Assembly (NCBI GenBank): GCA_964477335.1
Contig: CAYZHI010000001.1
Coordinates: 1 to 27,282, forward strand
DNA length: 27,282 nt
Direction of reading: 5' to 3'
Origin: an uncultured Caldilineaceae bacterium
Lineage (GTDB): Bacteria; Chloroflexota; Anaerolineae; 4572-78; J111
A program made the position numbers and the translations under genes. Below are positions 1-7,570 of this stretch, piece by piece. The notes beneath the pieces were generated by a model, which worked only from the letters and a program-made list of their open reading frames with translations, had not been told where the DNA came from and ran no database searches. The number at the start of each line of letters is the position of its first letter. Position 1 is the stretch's first letter.

Positions 1-230
1 GTGTAGAGCCAGGTGGTGAACTTGGCCTGACCCCGAAACGAGTCGAGCTTGCTCAGGGCGGCTACCAGGGCGTCCTGGGCGGCTTCGTCGGCCTCGGCCG
101 GGTCGTCCAGGATGGACAGAGCCAGCCGGTAGACCAGCGGGGTGTAGCTCCGCACCAGGGCCTCAATGGCCAGCGAGTCACCCTGCTGGCAACGGCTGAG
201 CAGTTGCATCGTGTCCACGGTCATCATCAC
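1..230 (-). CDS. ECF (sigma-70 family) RNA polymerase sigma factor, N-terminal part; runs off the window's left edge
   Basis: Manual translation of the minus strand (missing from the ORF track): MMMTVDTMQLLSRCQQGDSLAIEALVRSYTPLVYRLALSILDDPAEADEAAQDALVAALSKLDSFRGQAKFTTWLY. This is a typical ECF region 2 (D..A.D..Q...; F.G...F.TWLY). Start may be 230 (GTG), 227 or 224 (ATG). Confidence 0.92.
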   Translation of the reverse strand, partial: MMMTVDTMQLLSRCQQGDSLAIEALVRSYTPLVYRLALSILDDPAEADEAAQDALVAALSKLDSFRGQAKFTTWLY

Positions 231-326
231 TTTATTAGATGCAGTTGGCGAAAAAAAGCGGAAGAGTTGGTCACACCCAAATTTTCTCCCCGGTCGTAGC
301 GGTTTTAACTCGAATAACGTTATTTT

Positions 327-355
327 ATCATGGCGAGTTTTCAGAAAGTAGTCAA
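327..355 (-). promoter_or_regulatory. Putative sigma-70 promoter for the ECF sigma gene
   Basis: Minus strand reads TTGACT-17 nt-CATGAT, about 100 nt upstream of the start. Confidence 0.45.
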
Positions 356-429
356 GCGACTAAATTTGAACCGGAAGCCATTCTTTTGCGATTGGGTTAA
401 AGTAAGAAAATTGCCGATCCTGCCAGCCC

Positions 430-464
430 AAAAATAAAATACCCTGCCGAGTTTCGACAGGGTA
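430..464 (-). terminator. Intrinsic terminator downstream of tRNA-Val
   Basis: Hairpin TACCCTG-C-CGA/GTT/TCG-A-CAGGGTA at 440-464, followed on the minus strand by TTTTATTTTT. Confidence 0.7.
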
Positions 465-596
465 GACAGTTTGGCCAAAAAACAGCCACACAAAATTGGC
501 AAAGCCCTCAAATTCTGAAAACCATCCGCCAGAATTAAATCGACCGCACGCTCATTTTAAATGAGCAACTCGATCTATCGATCCGATAGGCAACAT

Positions 597-673
597 TGGT
601 GGGCGGTACAAGACTCGAACTTGTGACCTCCTCGGTGTAAGCGAGGCGCTCTAGCCAACTGAGCTAACCGCCC
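597..673 (-). tRNA. tRNA-Val (anticodon TAC), CCA encoded
   Basis: Reverse complement is GGGCGGTTAGCTCAGTTGGCTAGAGCGCCTCGCTTACACCGAGGAGGTCACAAGTTCGAGTCTTGTACCGCCCACCA: acceptor stem GGGCGGT/ACCGCCC, anticodon stem CCTCG/CGAGG with loop CTTACAC, and a GTTCGAG T-loop. Confidence 0.98.
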
Positions 674-686
674 ATCCACTTGCCAA

Positions 687-715
687 ATTATACCGGAGGG
701 GAGAGGTTTGGTCAA
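687..715 (-). promoter_or_regulatory. Sigma-70 promoter of tRNA-Val
   Basis: Minus strand reads TTGACC-17 nt-TATAAT, 13 nt upstream of the tRNA 5' end. Confidence 0.85.
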
Positions 716-768
716 ATATCCGGCAAACTGACTTTTTTTGATTCATCGCTTTTTATAAAGCCGCCTGT

Positions 769-797
769 TTGCCCCTCCTGTCTCCTTACAGTACAAT
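769..797 (+). promoter_or_regulatory. Putative sigma-70 promoter of the GH5-GT39 operon
   Basis: TTGCCC-17 nt-TACAAT, ending 9 nt before the ATG at 807. Confidence 0.6.
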
Positions 798-806
798 TTT
801 TCGGCG

Positions 807-2555
807 ATGAACTTATCGATCTCACCGGCCAAATTGAGAAACTTGACGATCACAGTTGTAGTCCTGCTCCTGCTAGCCGGGACTATCTGGTTGTACCGCG
901 ACCGAATTCAGGCCGGCCTGTTCAACCTCACCGGCGAAGAGGCCACCTTGCCCCAAATTTCTGGCGCCATCCAGTACGGTCTGACCCAAATCCAGCCCGC
1001 CCCGGAGACGGCTGACGACGTGCCGGTTCAGTTTGCCGACTTCAACCCGTATGGGGTCAACACCTTTCTCCAAAATGAGGTCGAGCCGGAGAAGCGAGCC
1101 GAGGCCATGCGCCTGATATCCGAAGCTGGCTTCACCTGGATCCGGCAGGAGTTCACCTGGGAAGATATCGAGATCCACGGCAAGGGCGATTTTGAAGACC
1201 GCCGCCACGAGCCGGCCAAATCGGCCTGGGAAAAGTATGACCAGATCGTCGACCTGGCCGAAAAGTACGATATCCACATTATGGCCCGGCTCAGCAATCC
1301 GCCGGCCTGGAGCCGGGCCCTGACCAACACCGTCGGCGCCTTTGCCCCGCCGGATAATTTGAGCGACTACGGCGATTTTGTCGAGGCCGTGGTCAGTCGT
1401 TATAAGGGCCGCATCCCAGCTTACCAAATCTGGAACGAACCCAACATCTACCCGGAATGGGGCGAATATCCTATCAGCGCCGAGGAGTACACCGAACTGC
1501 TGAAAGAGGGTTACAGCCGGATCAAAAAAGTCGATCCGGAGGCGATTGTGGTGATGGGCGCGCTGGCGGCCACCATCGAATTGGACCGGCTGCGACGCTA
1601 CGATGCCAACGGCTGGCCCACCAGCCCCGGCGGCTTGAGCGACGTGCTCTTTTTGCAGCAAATGTACGACGCCGGCGCCGCGCCCTATTTTGACGTGTTG
1701 GCCATGCAGGGCTACGGCCTGTGGAGCGGCCCCACCGACCGGCGGATGCAACCGCGGGTTATCAACTTCTCCCGGCCGCTGTATGTGCGTGATGTTATGG
1801 TGCGCAACGGCGATAGCCACAAACCGATCTGGTTGAGCGAGCTGGGTTGGAATGCCGTGCCGCCGGAGAGCGGCATCCCGCCGGTTTATGGCCAGGTTAC
1901 CCCGGAACAGCAGGCTCGTTACGCCGCCCTGGCCTACCGGCGACTTGAAGCAGAATGGCCGTGGCTGGGCGTCGGGTTTTACTGGTTCTTCAAACAGGCG
2001 GACGACCGGGAGAAGGCCAGCAATCCCCAGTACTATTTTCGGATGGTCGAACCGGATTTTACCCCTCTGCCTGTCTACGAGGCGATCAAAGCCCAAACTC
2101 GAACTCAGCCGCTCGTCTATCCCGGCTGGCATCAGGCCGATCATTGGGCCATTGCCTATCAGGGTACCTGGCAGCCGGTTGAACATCCGGCCGCTACTTT
2201 TGGCGACGCCCTGACCGGCCAATCGGGCGACCGGGCCAGCTTCACTTTTGCCGGCACCCACCTGAGTCTGGCGGCTATTGGCGATGGCCGGCTGCGCTGG
2301 CAGATCGATCAGAACAAACCGGTCGAAGTCGCCTTGGAGCAGGCCAGGCCAGACTCGCCGCTGACCGTAGCCAGCCGCCTCCCGTCCGGCCCGCACCGGG
2401 TTGAGCTTGAAGTCGTGGCCGGACCTATCATTATTGATGGCTACATTGTTGAAGATGATCCCTATCCACTCCTCCGGCCAGCCGGCGTCGCCCTGGCAGG
2501 AGTCATTGTCGTGACCGCCCTGTGGCTCTGGCGGTCGCGGCGGGCCAAAGCATAG
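807..2555 (+). CDS. Membrane-anchored clan GH-A glycoside hydrolase (GH5/cellulase-like or GH39-like) with a C-terminal beta-sandwich
   Basis: 582 aa. N-terminal TM (ITVVVLLLLAGTIWLY), RQEFTW, acid/base motif IWNEPN, nucleophile motif WLSELGWN, and C-terminal TM with basic tail (GVALAGVIVVTALWLWRSRRAKA). Confidence 0.85.
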   Translation: MNLSISPAKLRNLTITVVVLLLLAGTIWLYRDRIQAGLFNLTGEEATLPQISGAIQYGLTQIQPAPETADDVPVQFADFNPYGVNTFLQNEVEPEKRAEAMRLISEAGFTWIRQEFTWEDIEIHGKGDFEDRRHEPAKSAWEKYDQIVDLAEKYDIHIMARLSNPPAWSRALTNTVGAFAPPDNLSDYGDFVEAVVSRYKGRIPAYQIWNEPNIYPEWGEYPISAEEYTELLKEGYSRIKKVDPEAIVVMGALAATIELDRLRRYDANGWPTSPGGLSDVLFLQQMYDAGAAPYFDVLAMQGYGLWSGPTDRRMQPRVINFSRPLYVRDVMVRNGDSHKPIWLSELGWNAVPPESGIPPVYGQVTPEQQARYAALAYRRLEAEWPWLGVGFYWFFKQADDREKASNPQYYFRMVEPDFTPLPVYEAIKAQTRTQPLVYPGWHQADHWAIAYQGTWQPVEHPAATFGDALTGQSGDRASFTFAGTHLSLAAIGDGRLRWQIDQNKPVEVALEQARPDSPLTVASRLPSGPHRVELEVVAGPIIIDGYIVEDDPYPLLRPAGVALAGVIVVTALWLWRSRRAKA

Positions 2556-2559
2556 TCCG

Positions 2560-5157
2560 ATGACAGCCCCTATGCCCGAGCCGATCTCCGCCAACTCCTA
2601 CTCGGTGAGCAGCCTGCCCCGTCCTCTCACTCTTACGCTCCTCTTGCTGCTGGCAGCCGGGCTGCGTTTTTACCAACTGTCCGGCCAGTCGCTCTGGGCC
2701 GATGAGGGTAACAGTGTAGCCCTGGCCCGGCGCGGTTTCGTTGAGATTGCCCAACGGACGGCTTTTGACATCCATCCCCCTTTTTATTACTGGCTACTCA
2801 AGCTGTGGATCGCCATTTTTGGCGAGAGTGAATTTGGGCTGCGGTCCCTTTCGGCCGTATTGGGGATTTTGTTGGTCTATCTGATCTGGGCGCTGGGCCG
2901 GCGGCTGTTTCGCCAACCCATTGGCCTGATCGCCGCTTTCATTGCCGTGCTCTCGCCGCTACAAATCTACTATGCGCAAGAAACCCGGATGTATATGCTG
3001 CTGACGGTGCTGAGCAGCCTGACCGTTTTGACAGCTCTCAACATTTTCAAAGATTATGCAACCGGCAGCCGAAGTCTCATCACCAGCATAATTTATATTC
3101 TGATTGTCACCGCCGGCCTTTACACCCACTACGCCTTCCCCCTCATCATGCTAACCATCAATCTGGCCGCCCTGATCTACTTCTGGCAGAATCGCTATAG
3201 CCTAAATCAAAATTCATCCCTCATCCTTCATCCCTCATCCCTCCACTGGCTCACCCTCCAAATCATCCCCTTGCTCCTCTACCTGCCCTGGCTGCCAACC
3301 GCCTGGCGCCAACTGACCACCTGGCCTGCAGCAGAACAGGCCGAATCCTGGCTGACCCGGCTAGAGACAATTTCGACAACGCTGCTGTTTGGTCACTCCT
3401 GGCCGTTTGAAGGGGATATCTTAGCCGTCACCATCCTGGCTCTTACCTTATTGGCCACATTGTGGCTGAGCTTGAGCAAACAGTTGAATTCGTTTTTCGC
3501 TTCCCGCTTCCCGCCACACGGCCCACGCTCCACGCTCCACGCTCCACGCTTTGCGAGCTTACCCACGCCACTACTCTCACTCAACCTGCTCTGGCTCTGG
3601 TTACTCCTGCCAATAATATTGACGGCCCTGATTTTCAGCCCGGCTTTTCTCAAGTTTCTGTTGGTGGCCGCGCCGCCCCTGGCCCTGTTACTGGCGCTGG
3701 TCATCGACTGGCTAACCTGTAGGGCCAGCGGCTACGGCAAATCAGCTACGCAAAATATTACCTCCTTGCTCAATCCTGATCCAGCTCGCTCCACGCTCCA
3801 CGCTCCACGTTCCCCGTTCCCCGCTTCCCGCGCCCTGCGCCCCACCATAACCGGCTATCTCCTGGGCGGCGCGCTGCTGGCCGCAGTCGTCGCCGGCTCA
3901 ACCATCTCCCTTTACAACTATTACACCAACCCTCGCTTCGCCAGAGACAACTACCGCGCCATTGTCAGTTTTATTCAAGCTGTTGGCGGTCCGGACGATG
4001 CTGTGATCCTGACCGCCGCTGGACAGCAGGACGTGTTCAACTACTACTACCAGCGTGCGACCGCGCCGGAAGCGCCGGTTTTCCCCCTACCGCGCCGGCG
4101 TCCATTGGATGAAGCCGCGACCGTAACCGAACTGGCCCAGATTGAGGCTGAGGCCGCCAAGGTTTATGCCGTTTATTGGGCCACGGAGCAGGCCGATCCC
4201 ACCAGATTGATCGAGGGCTGGCTGGATAACCATCTCTTCAAGGCCACCGACCAGTGGTATGGTAATGTCCGGCTGGTCAGCTATGCCACGCCCCGCTCCA
4301 AAACTGGTCTGGATTTCAGTCCGGTTGATTATCACTTAGGGGAGCAGATCAAGTTAACCGGCTACGCTCTGTCAAATTCTGAGATTACGCCGGGCGATAT
4401 CCTGCAAGTCGCCCTCACCTGGGTTACCGGCTCGTCTCTGCCGGAAAATTACACCGTTTTTGTGCAACTGCTCGATCCGGCCAATCACCTGGTGGGGCAA
4501 CGCGATGCCCCACCGCTTCCGCCCACAACGGAGTGGCCGGCCAATGAGCCGGTGATCGACCAGCATGGCATTTTGGTCGAACCGGGCACGCCGCCGGGCC
4601 AGCATCGCCTGATTGTAGGTTTATACAATAGCCAAACCGGCCAGCGTTTGCCGGTATCCGCCGGCAAGACGGTGAGTGGGGACTTCATTGAATTGGCGGA
4701 AGTCGAGGTGGTTCGCCCGGCGCAACCGCTGCCGCCAGAGGCTTTCCAGATGCAGACGTCACTCAACGCGCCGCTGGGGGAGGTGACCTTACGGGGTTAC
4801 GACCTCTACAAGCTGGGCCAGCGCTCCAGCCCGGAAACGCCGCTACATCCCGGCGATGCCTTGCAATTGGTGGCCTACTGGCAAGTCAACCAGCCGACCA
4901 GCGGATTAGAAGATCAACTCATTATTCAAGTGGTTAGCGCAACCGGAGAAAAGGCATTATTATCGTTTAGCCGGCCGGTAGCAGGCACGGCCTACCCGAT
5001 CGACCAATGGCAAGGTGGCGAAATTGTGCGGGCCCAATATGATCTGGTTTTGAGCAATTTAGCCCCAGGTAGCTATCGCCTGGCCTTGACTCTTGGAGTT
5101 AAACAAAACGAGGGGACGTCACCGACCGTCTATACCCGGCCATTTCACGTAGAATAG
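2560..5157 (+). CDS. GT-C fold glycosyltransferase family 39 (ArnT/PMT-like) with two C-terminal beta-sandwich repeats
   Basis: 865 aa. SLWADEG and DIHPPFYY motifs, SPLQIYYAQETRMY, many TM helices, and two related soluble repeats (LGEQIKLTGY...PGDILQVALTW...PGQHRLIVGLY; LGEVTLRGY...PGDALQLVAYW...PGSYRLALTL). Starts 4 nt after the GH gene stop. Confidence 0.88.
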   Translation: MTAPMPEPISANSYSVSSLPRPLTLTLLLLLAAGLRFYQLSGQSLWADEGNSVALARRGFVEIAQRTAFDIHPPFYYWLLKLWIAIFGESEFGLRSLSAVLGILLVYLIWALGRRLFRQPIGLIAAFIAVLSPLQIYYAQETRMYMLLTVLSSLTVLTALNIFKDYATGSRSLITSIIYILIVTAGLYTHYAFPLIMLTINLAALIYFWQNRYSLNQNSSLILHPSSLHWLTLQIIPLLLYLPWLPTAWRQLTTWPAAEQAESWLTRLETISTTLLFGHSWPFEGDILAVTILALTLLATLWLSLSKQLNSFFASRFPPHGPRSTLHAPRFASLPTPLLSLNLLWLWLLLPIILTALIFSPAFLKFLLVAAPPLALLLALVIDWLTCRASGYGKSATQNITSLLNPDPARSTLHAPRSPFPASRALRPTITGYLLGGALLAAVVAGSTISLYNYYTNPRFARDNYRAIVSFIQAVGGPDDAVILTAAGQQDVFNYYYQRATAPEAPVFPLPRRRPLDEAATVTELAQIEAEAAKVYAVYWATEQADPTRLIEGWLDNHLFKATDQWYGNVRLVSYATPRSKTGLDFSPVDYHLGEQIKLTGYALSNSEITPGDILQVALTWVTGSSLPENYTVFVQLLDPANHLVGQRDAPPLPPTTEWPANEPVIDQHGILVEPGTPPGQHRLIVGLYNSQTGQRLPVSAGKTVSGDFIELAEVEVVRPAQPLPPEAFQMQTSLNAPLGEVTLRGYDLYKLGQRSSPETPLHPGDALQLVAYWQVNQPTSGLEDQLIIQVVSATGEKALLSFSRPVAGTAYPIDQWQGGEIVRAQYDLVLSNLAPGSYRLALTLGVKQNEGTSPTVYTRPFHVE
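3214..3241 (+). repeat. Heptamer tandem array (TCATCCY)x4 inside the GT39 CDS
   Basis: TCATCCC TCATCCT TCATCCC TCATCCC read directly; encodes SSLILHPSSL. Confidence 0.9.
3498..3550 (+). repeat. Composite heptamer array (CGCTTCC)x2 plus (CCACGCT)x4 inside the GT39 CDS
   Basis: Read directly: CGCTTCC at 3498 and 3505; CCACGCT at 3523, 3530, 3537 and 3544. Confidence 0.9.
3787..3830 (+). repeat. Degenerating heptamer array (CCACGCT-type) inside the GT39 CDS
   Basis: CGCT CCACGCT CCACGCT CCACGTT CCCCGTT CCCCGCT TCCCG; encodes RSTLHAPRSPFPAS. Confidence 0.85.
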
Positions 5158-5181
5158 GGGCGCAAGACCTTGCGCCCCTAT
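5154..5181. terminator. Perfect palindrome between convergent genes; REP-like, probably acting as a terminator or stabiliser
   Basis: ATAGGGGCGCAA-GACC-TTGCGCCCCTAT, a 12-bp stem overlapping the GT39 stop codon. No long U-tract. Confidence 0.65.
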
Positions 5182-5212
5182 CCCGCAGTTGTATTTAACA
5201 TGAGCGAAATCA

Positions 5213-6187
5213 TTACCAATTTTTGCGCCAATTGGCCGTAATGATCGACTTATCCTGGGTGACTTCGACCGGCACGGCTTCCGACAACCTGGCTTTGACG
5301 GTTTTGCGGTCATCCGTCTCGACAATGGTTAGGGTCCAGACACATGGCACAGGTTTGGTATCGATGGTAATATCGTAGAAACCGGGAGGCCAATCGCTGC
5401 TCTCTCCATAAGCCCCCCACCCCACCGGGCCAGAGGGATAGGAGATGGTGGCATACGTGCCGCACCTGGCTTCGACAAAGACCCCATTCACGGGGTTACC
5501 GCTGGTATCTTTAATATCACCCAGGAAACGGGTAAGCCCGTAATTAGTGTCGTCGTACCAGCCGGTGGGTTCATACTGGTACTTGGGCTGCTCCGGCTGT
5601 GGGGCTGAACTGCTGCTGGCCGGTTGCGGCTGCGGCTCAGATTGGGCCGCTACCGGAGCAGTCGGAGCCTGGGCTACTGGAACCGCCTCGGTATTGCTGG
5701 CGCGCACAACCGAGTTAGAGACCCAGCCGGTTTCATCGCCGGTCAGGCTGATCTGCCACCAGGAGGCATCGGCATTACGACCGACAATGGGCGCGGCGGT
5801 GTTGGCATTCAGGGCGCCAATTACGGGGTAGTTGAGGCCAGGACCGGAACGGATGTTGACCGTACCGGGGGCTACCAGTTGAGGCTGGGAAGCCGCTTGA
5901 GCCTCAGCCTGGGTCTGGTCTGATTGCGGGATGGGCGGATTGTTAGCTTCAAGGTCAGAGTTGCCAATAACCCGGGTGGCAGTAGCGGTTGGTACCGGTG
6001 TAAAGGGCGTCGGTGTGGGGATGATGATAAAGGGTTGGGCCGGGGCCGGGGTGAAGGTGGGCACCGGGGTGCGGGTGGCATAGGCCAGGTTGAAATCAGT
6101 ATCGAGCAGACGGGTGAATAGCGAAGCAAAGACTAAATAGTTGATCAATATTAGAATTATGGCAAAACTCCAAAATCGAGGTTTCAT
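5213..6187 (-). CDS. Membrane-anchored SH3b-domain protein with Pro/Thr linker and C-terminal beta-sandwich-like domain
   Basis: 324 aa. N-terminal TM, TPVPTFTP/TPTPFTPVPTAT linker, and SH3b VNIRSGPGLNYPVIGAL...IVGRN...WWQI...GWVS. Confidence 0.85.
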   Translation of the reverse strand: MKPRFWSFAIILILINYLVFASLFTRLLDTDFNLAYATRTPVPTFTPAPAQPFIIIPTPTPFTPVPTATATRVIGNSDLEANNPPIPQSDQTQAEAQAASQPQLVAPGTVNIRSGPGLNYPVIGALNANTAAPIVGRNADASWWQISLTGDETGWVSNSVVRASNTEAVPVAQAPTAPVAAQSEPQPQPASSSSAPQPEQPKYQYEPTGWYDDTNYGLTRFLGDIKDTSGNPVNGVFVEARCGTYATISYPSGPVGWGAYGESSDWPPGFYDITIDTKPVPCVWTLTIVETDDRKTVKARLSEAVPVEVTQDKSIITANWRKNW

Positions 6188-6253
6188 CGCTTTACGACTC
6201 CCTCACACCAACCGGTCACCTAACCTACAACGACGATTACGAACGTCAGCTTC

Positions 6254-6283
6254 ATTATACCACGTAACCCCGTCATGATGCAA
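6254..6283 (-). promoter_or_regulatory. Putative sigma-70 promoter of the SH3b gene
   Basis: Minus strand reads TTGCAT-18 nt-TATAAT with an extended -10 (TGgTATAAT). Confidence 0.65.
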
Positions 6284-6332
6284 TATTACGTCAAGTTGAA
6301 TTTTATGTAAACAATTATTTTAAGGTTGAAGC

Positions 6333-7355
6333 ATGGAAGTTTCCGTTATTTGCACGGTTCTCAATGAAGGCCAGAGCATCAACAGATTACTTAGCTCATT
6401 GACTGAACAAAGCCGGCCGGCCGACGAGATTATTTTTGTTGACGGCGGTTCGTCTGACGATACGGTTGCTATTCTGGAGAATTTTGGCCGGGAACATCGT
6501 TTACCGCTACAAGTGATTGTGGCGCCGGGGGCAAATATTAGCCGGGGTCGAAATCTGGCCATTGCAGCCGCGGCCGGTCCGATTATCGCCAGCACGGATG
6601 CCGGGGTGCGGCTGGATAAACATTGGCTGGCAGAGCTGCTGAAACCATTCCAAAACGAGTCGTCCGTCCAGGTGGTCGGCGGCTTTTTTGTGCCGGATCC
6701 GCAAACGGCGTTTGAGGTAGCTATGGGCGCCACCGTTTTACCCCGCGTGTCTGACCTGAACCCGGCCACCTTCTTACCCAGCAGTCGCTCCGTGGCTTTC
6801 CTCAAATCAGCTTGGGATGCAGCCGGCCGTTATCCGGAGTGGTTGGATTATTGTGAAGATCTCATCTTTGATTTTCGGCTGCGCGCTGTTACCGGCCCGT
6901 TTGCATTTGCGCCCGACGCCATCGTCTATTTTCGGCCGCGGAGCAGTCTAGGTGACTTTGTCAAGCAATATTACCGCTATGCCCGTGGAGATGGCAAAGC
7001 GGATCTCTGGCGTAAACGGCACGCCATCCGCTATCTCACCTACCTGGCGGCCTTGCCTTTGTTGTTGATTTTGGGTTTCATTGCTTCGCCGTGGTGGTGG
7101 CTATTTGGAGCCATCCTGGGAGCAGCAGGTTTATTATATACACCGTACCGCCGCTTGCTTGTACTGTGGACATCACTCTCCGGCCTCGGCAAGTTGCAGG
7201 CTATCGCCTGGGTGCCAATTATCAGAGTCAGCGGAGATATCGCTAAAATGATCGGCTATCCGGTAGGATTGAAATGGCGATTAGCTCGTTTAGCTACCCA
7301 ACCGGAACTCCATTGGCGCCAGCAAAGAGCGATTTCCGGCAGCAAATTGAGCTGA
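6333..7355 (+). CDS. Glycosyltransferase family 2 with C-terminal TM segments
   Basis: 340 aa. VICTVLNE, VDGGSSDDT, GRN, TDAG (DxD-like), ED motif (CEDL), QYYRYARGD, and two hydrophobic C-terminal helices. Confidence 0.93.
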   Translation: MEVSVICTVLNEGQSINRLLSSLTEQSRPADEIIFVDGGSSDDTVAILENFGREHRLPLQVIVAPGANISRGRNLAIAAAAGPIIASTDAGVRLDKHWLAELLKPFQNESSVQVVGGFFVPDPQTAFEVAMGATVLPRVSDLNPATFLPSSRSVAFLKSAWDAAGRYPEWLDYCEDLIFDFRLRAVTGPFAFAPDAIVYFRPRSSLGDFVKQYYRYARGDGKADLWRKRHAIRYLTYLAALPLLLILGFIASPWWWLFGAILGAAGLLYTPYRRLLVLWTSLSGLGKLQAIAWVPIIRVSGDIAKMIGYPVGLKWRLARLATQPELHWRQQRAISGSKLS

Positions 7356-7461
7356 GCATCTTATCTGTAACCAAGTTGTAATCATAAGGTTTAAAAAATG
7401 ATGATATAGTCATAGTGAACTTATTCTCAGTTTGGAATACCGGTAGATATGCTTTTTGCGC

Positions 7462-7491
7462 TTGGCCTAATAATTCAAGTTAAGGTATAAT
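7462..7491 (+). promoter_or_regulatory. Putative sigma-70 promoter of kinase 1
   Basis: TTGGCC-18 nt-TATAAT upstream of the kinase gene. Confidence 0.55.
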
Positions 7492-7570
7492 CCTCGTGAG
7501 CGTATATTTGGGGCACTCTGCTAGTGAAACAACCACACAATTGCCGTACCGGATGGTGCAGGAGTACACC

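Noticed and set aside
166-351. 61-aa plus-strand ORF
   Set aside because: Antisense to the ECF sigma start and promoter, with no motif or RBS.
597-673. tRNA-Val as the attachment site of a genomic island
   Set aside because: No integrase, no second copy of the tRNA 3' end noticed in the window, and flanking genes look chromosomal.
873-2594. 573-aa antisense ORF
   Set aside because: Lies antisense over the GH gene, as expected for high-GC3 coding DNA, and has no recognisable motifs.
3214-3830. Repeat arrays as CRISPR
   Set aside because: Contiguous 7-nt units with no spacers, located inside a CDS, and no cas genes.
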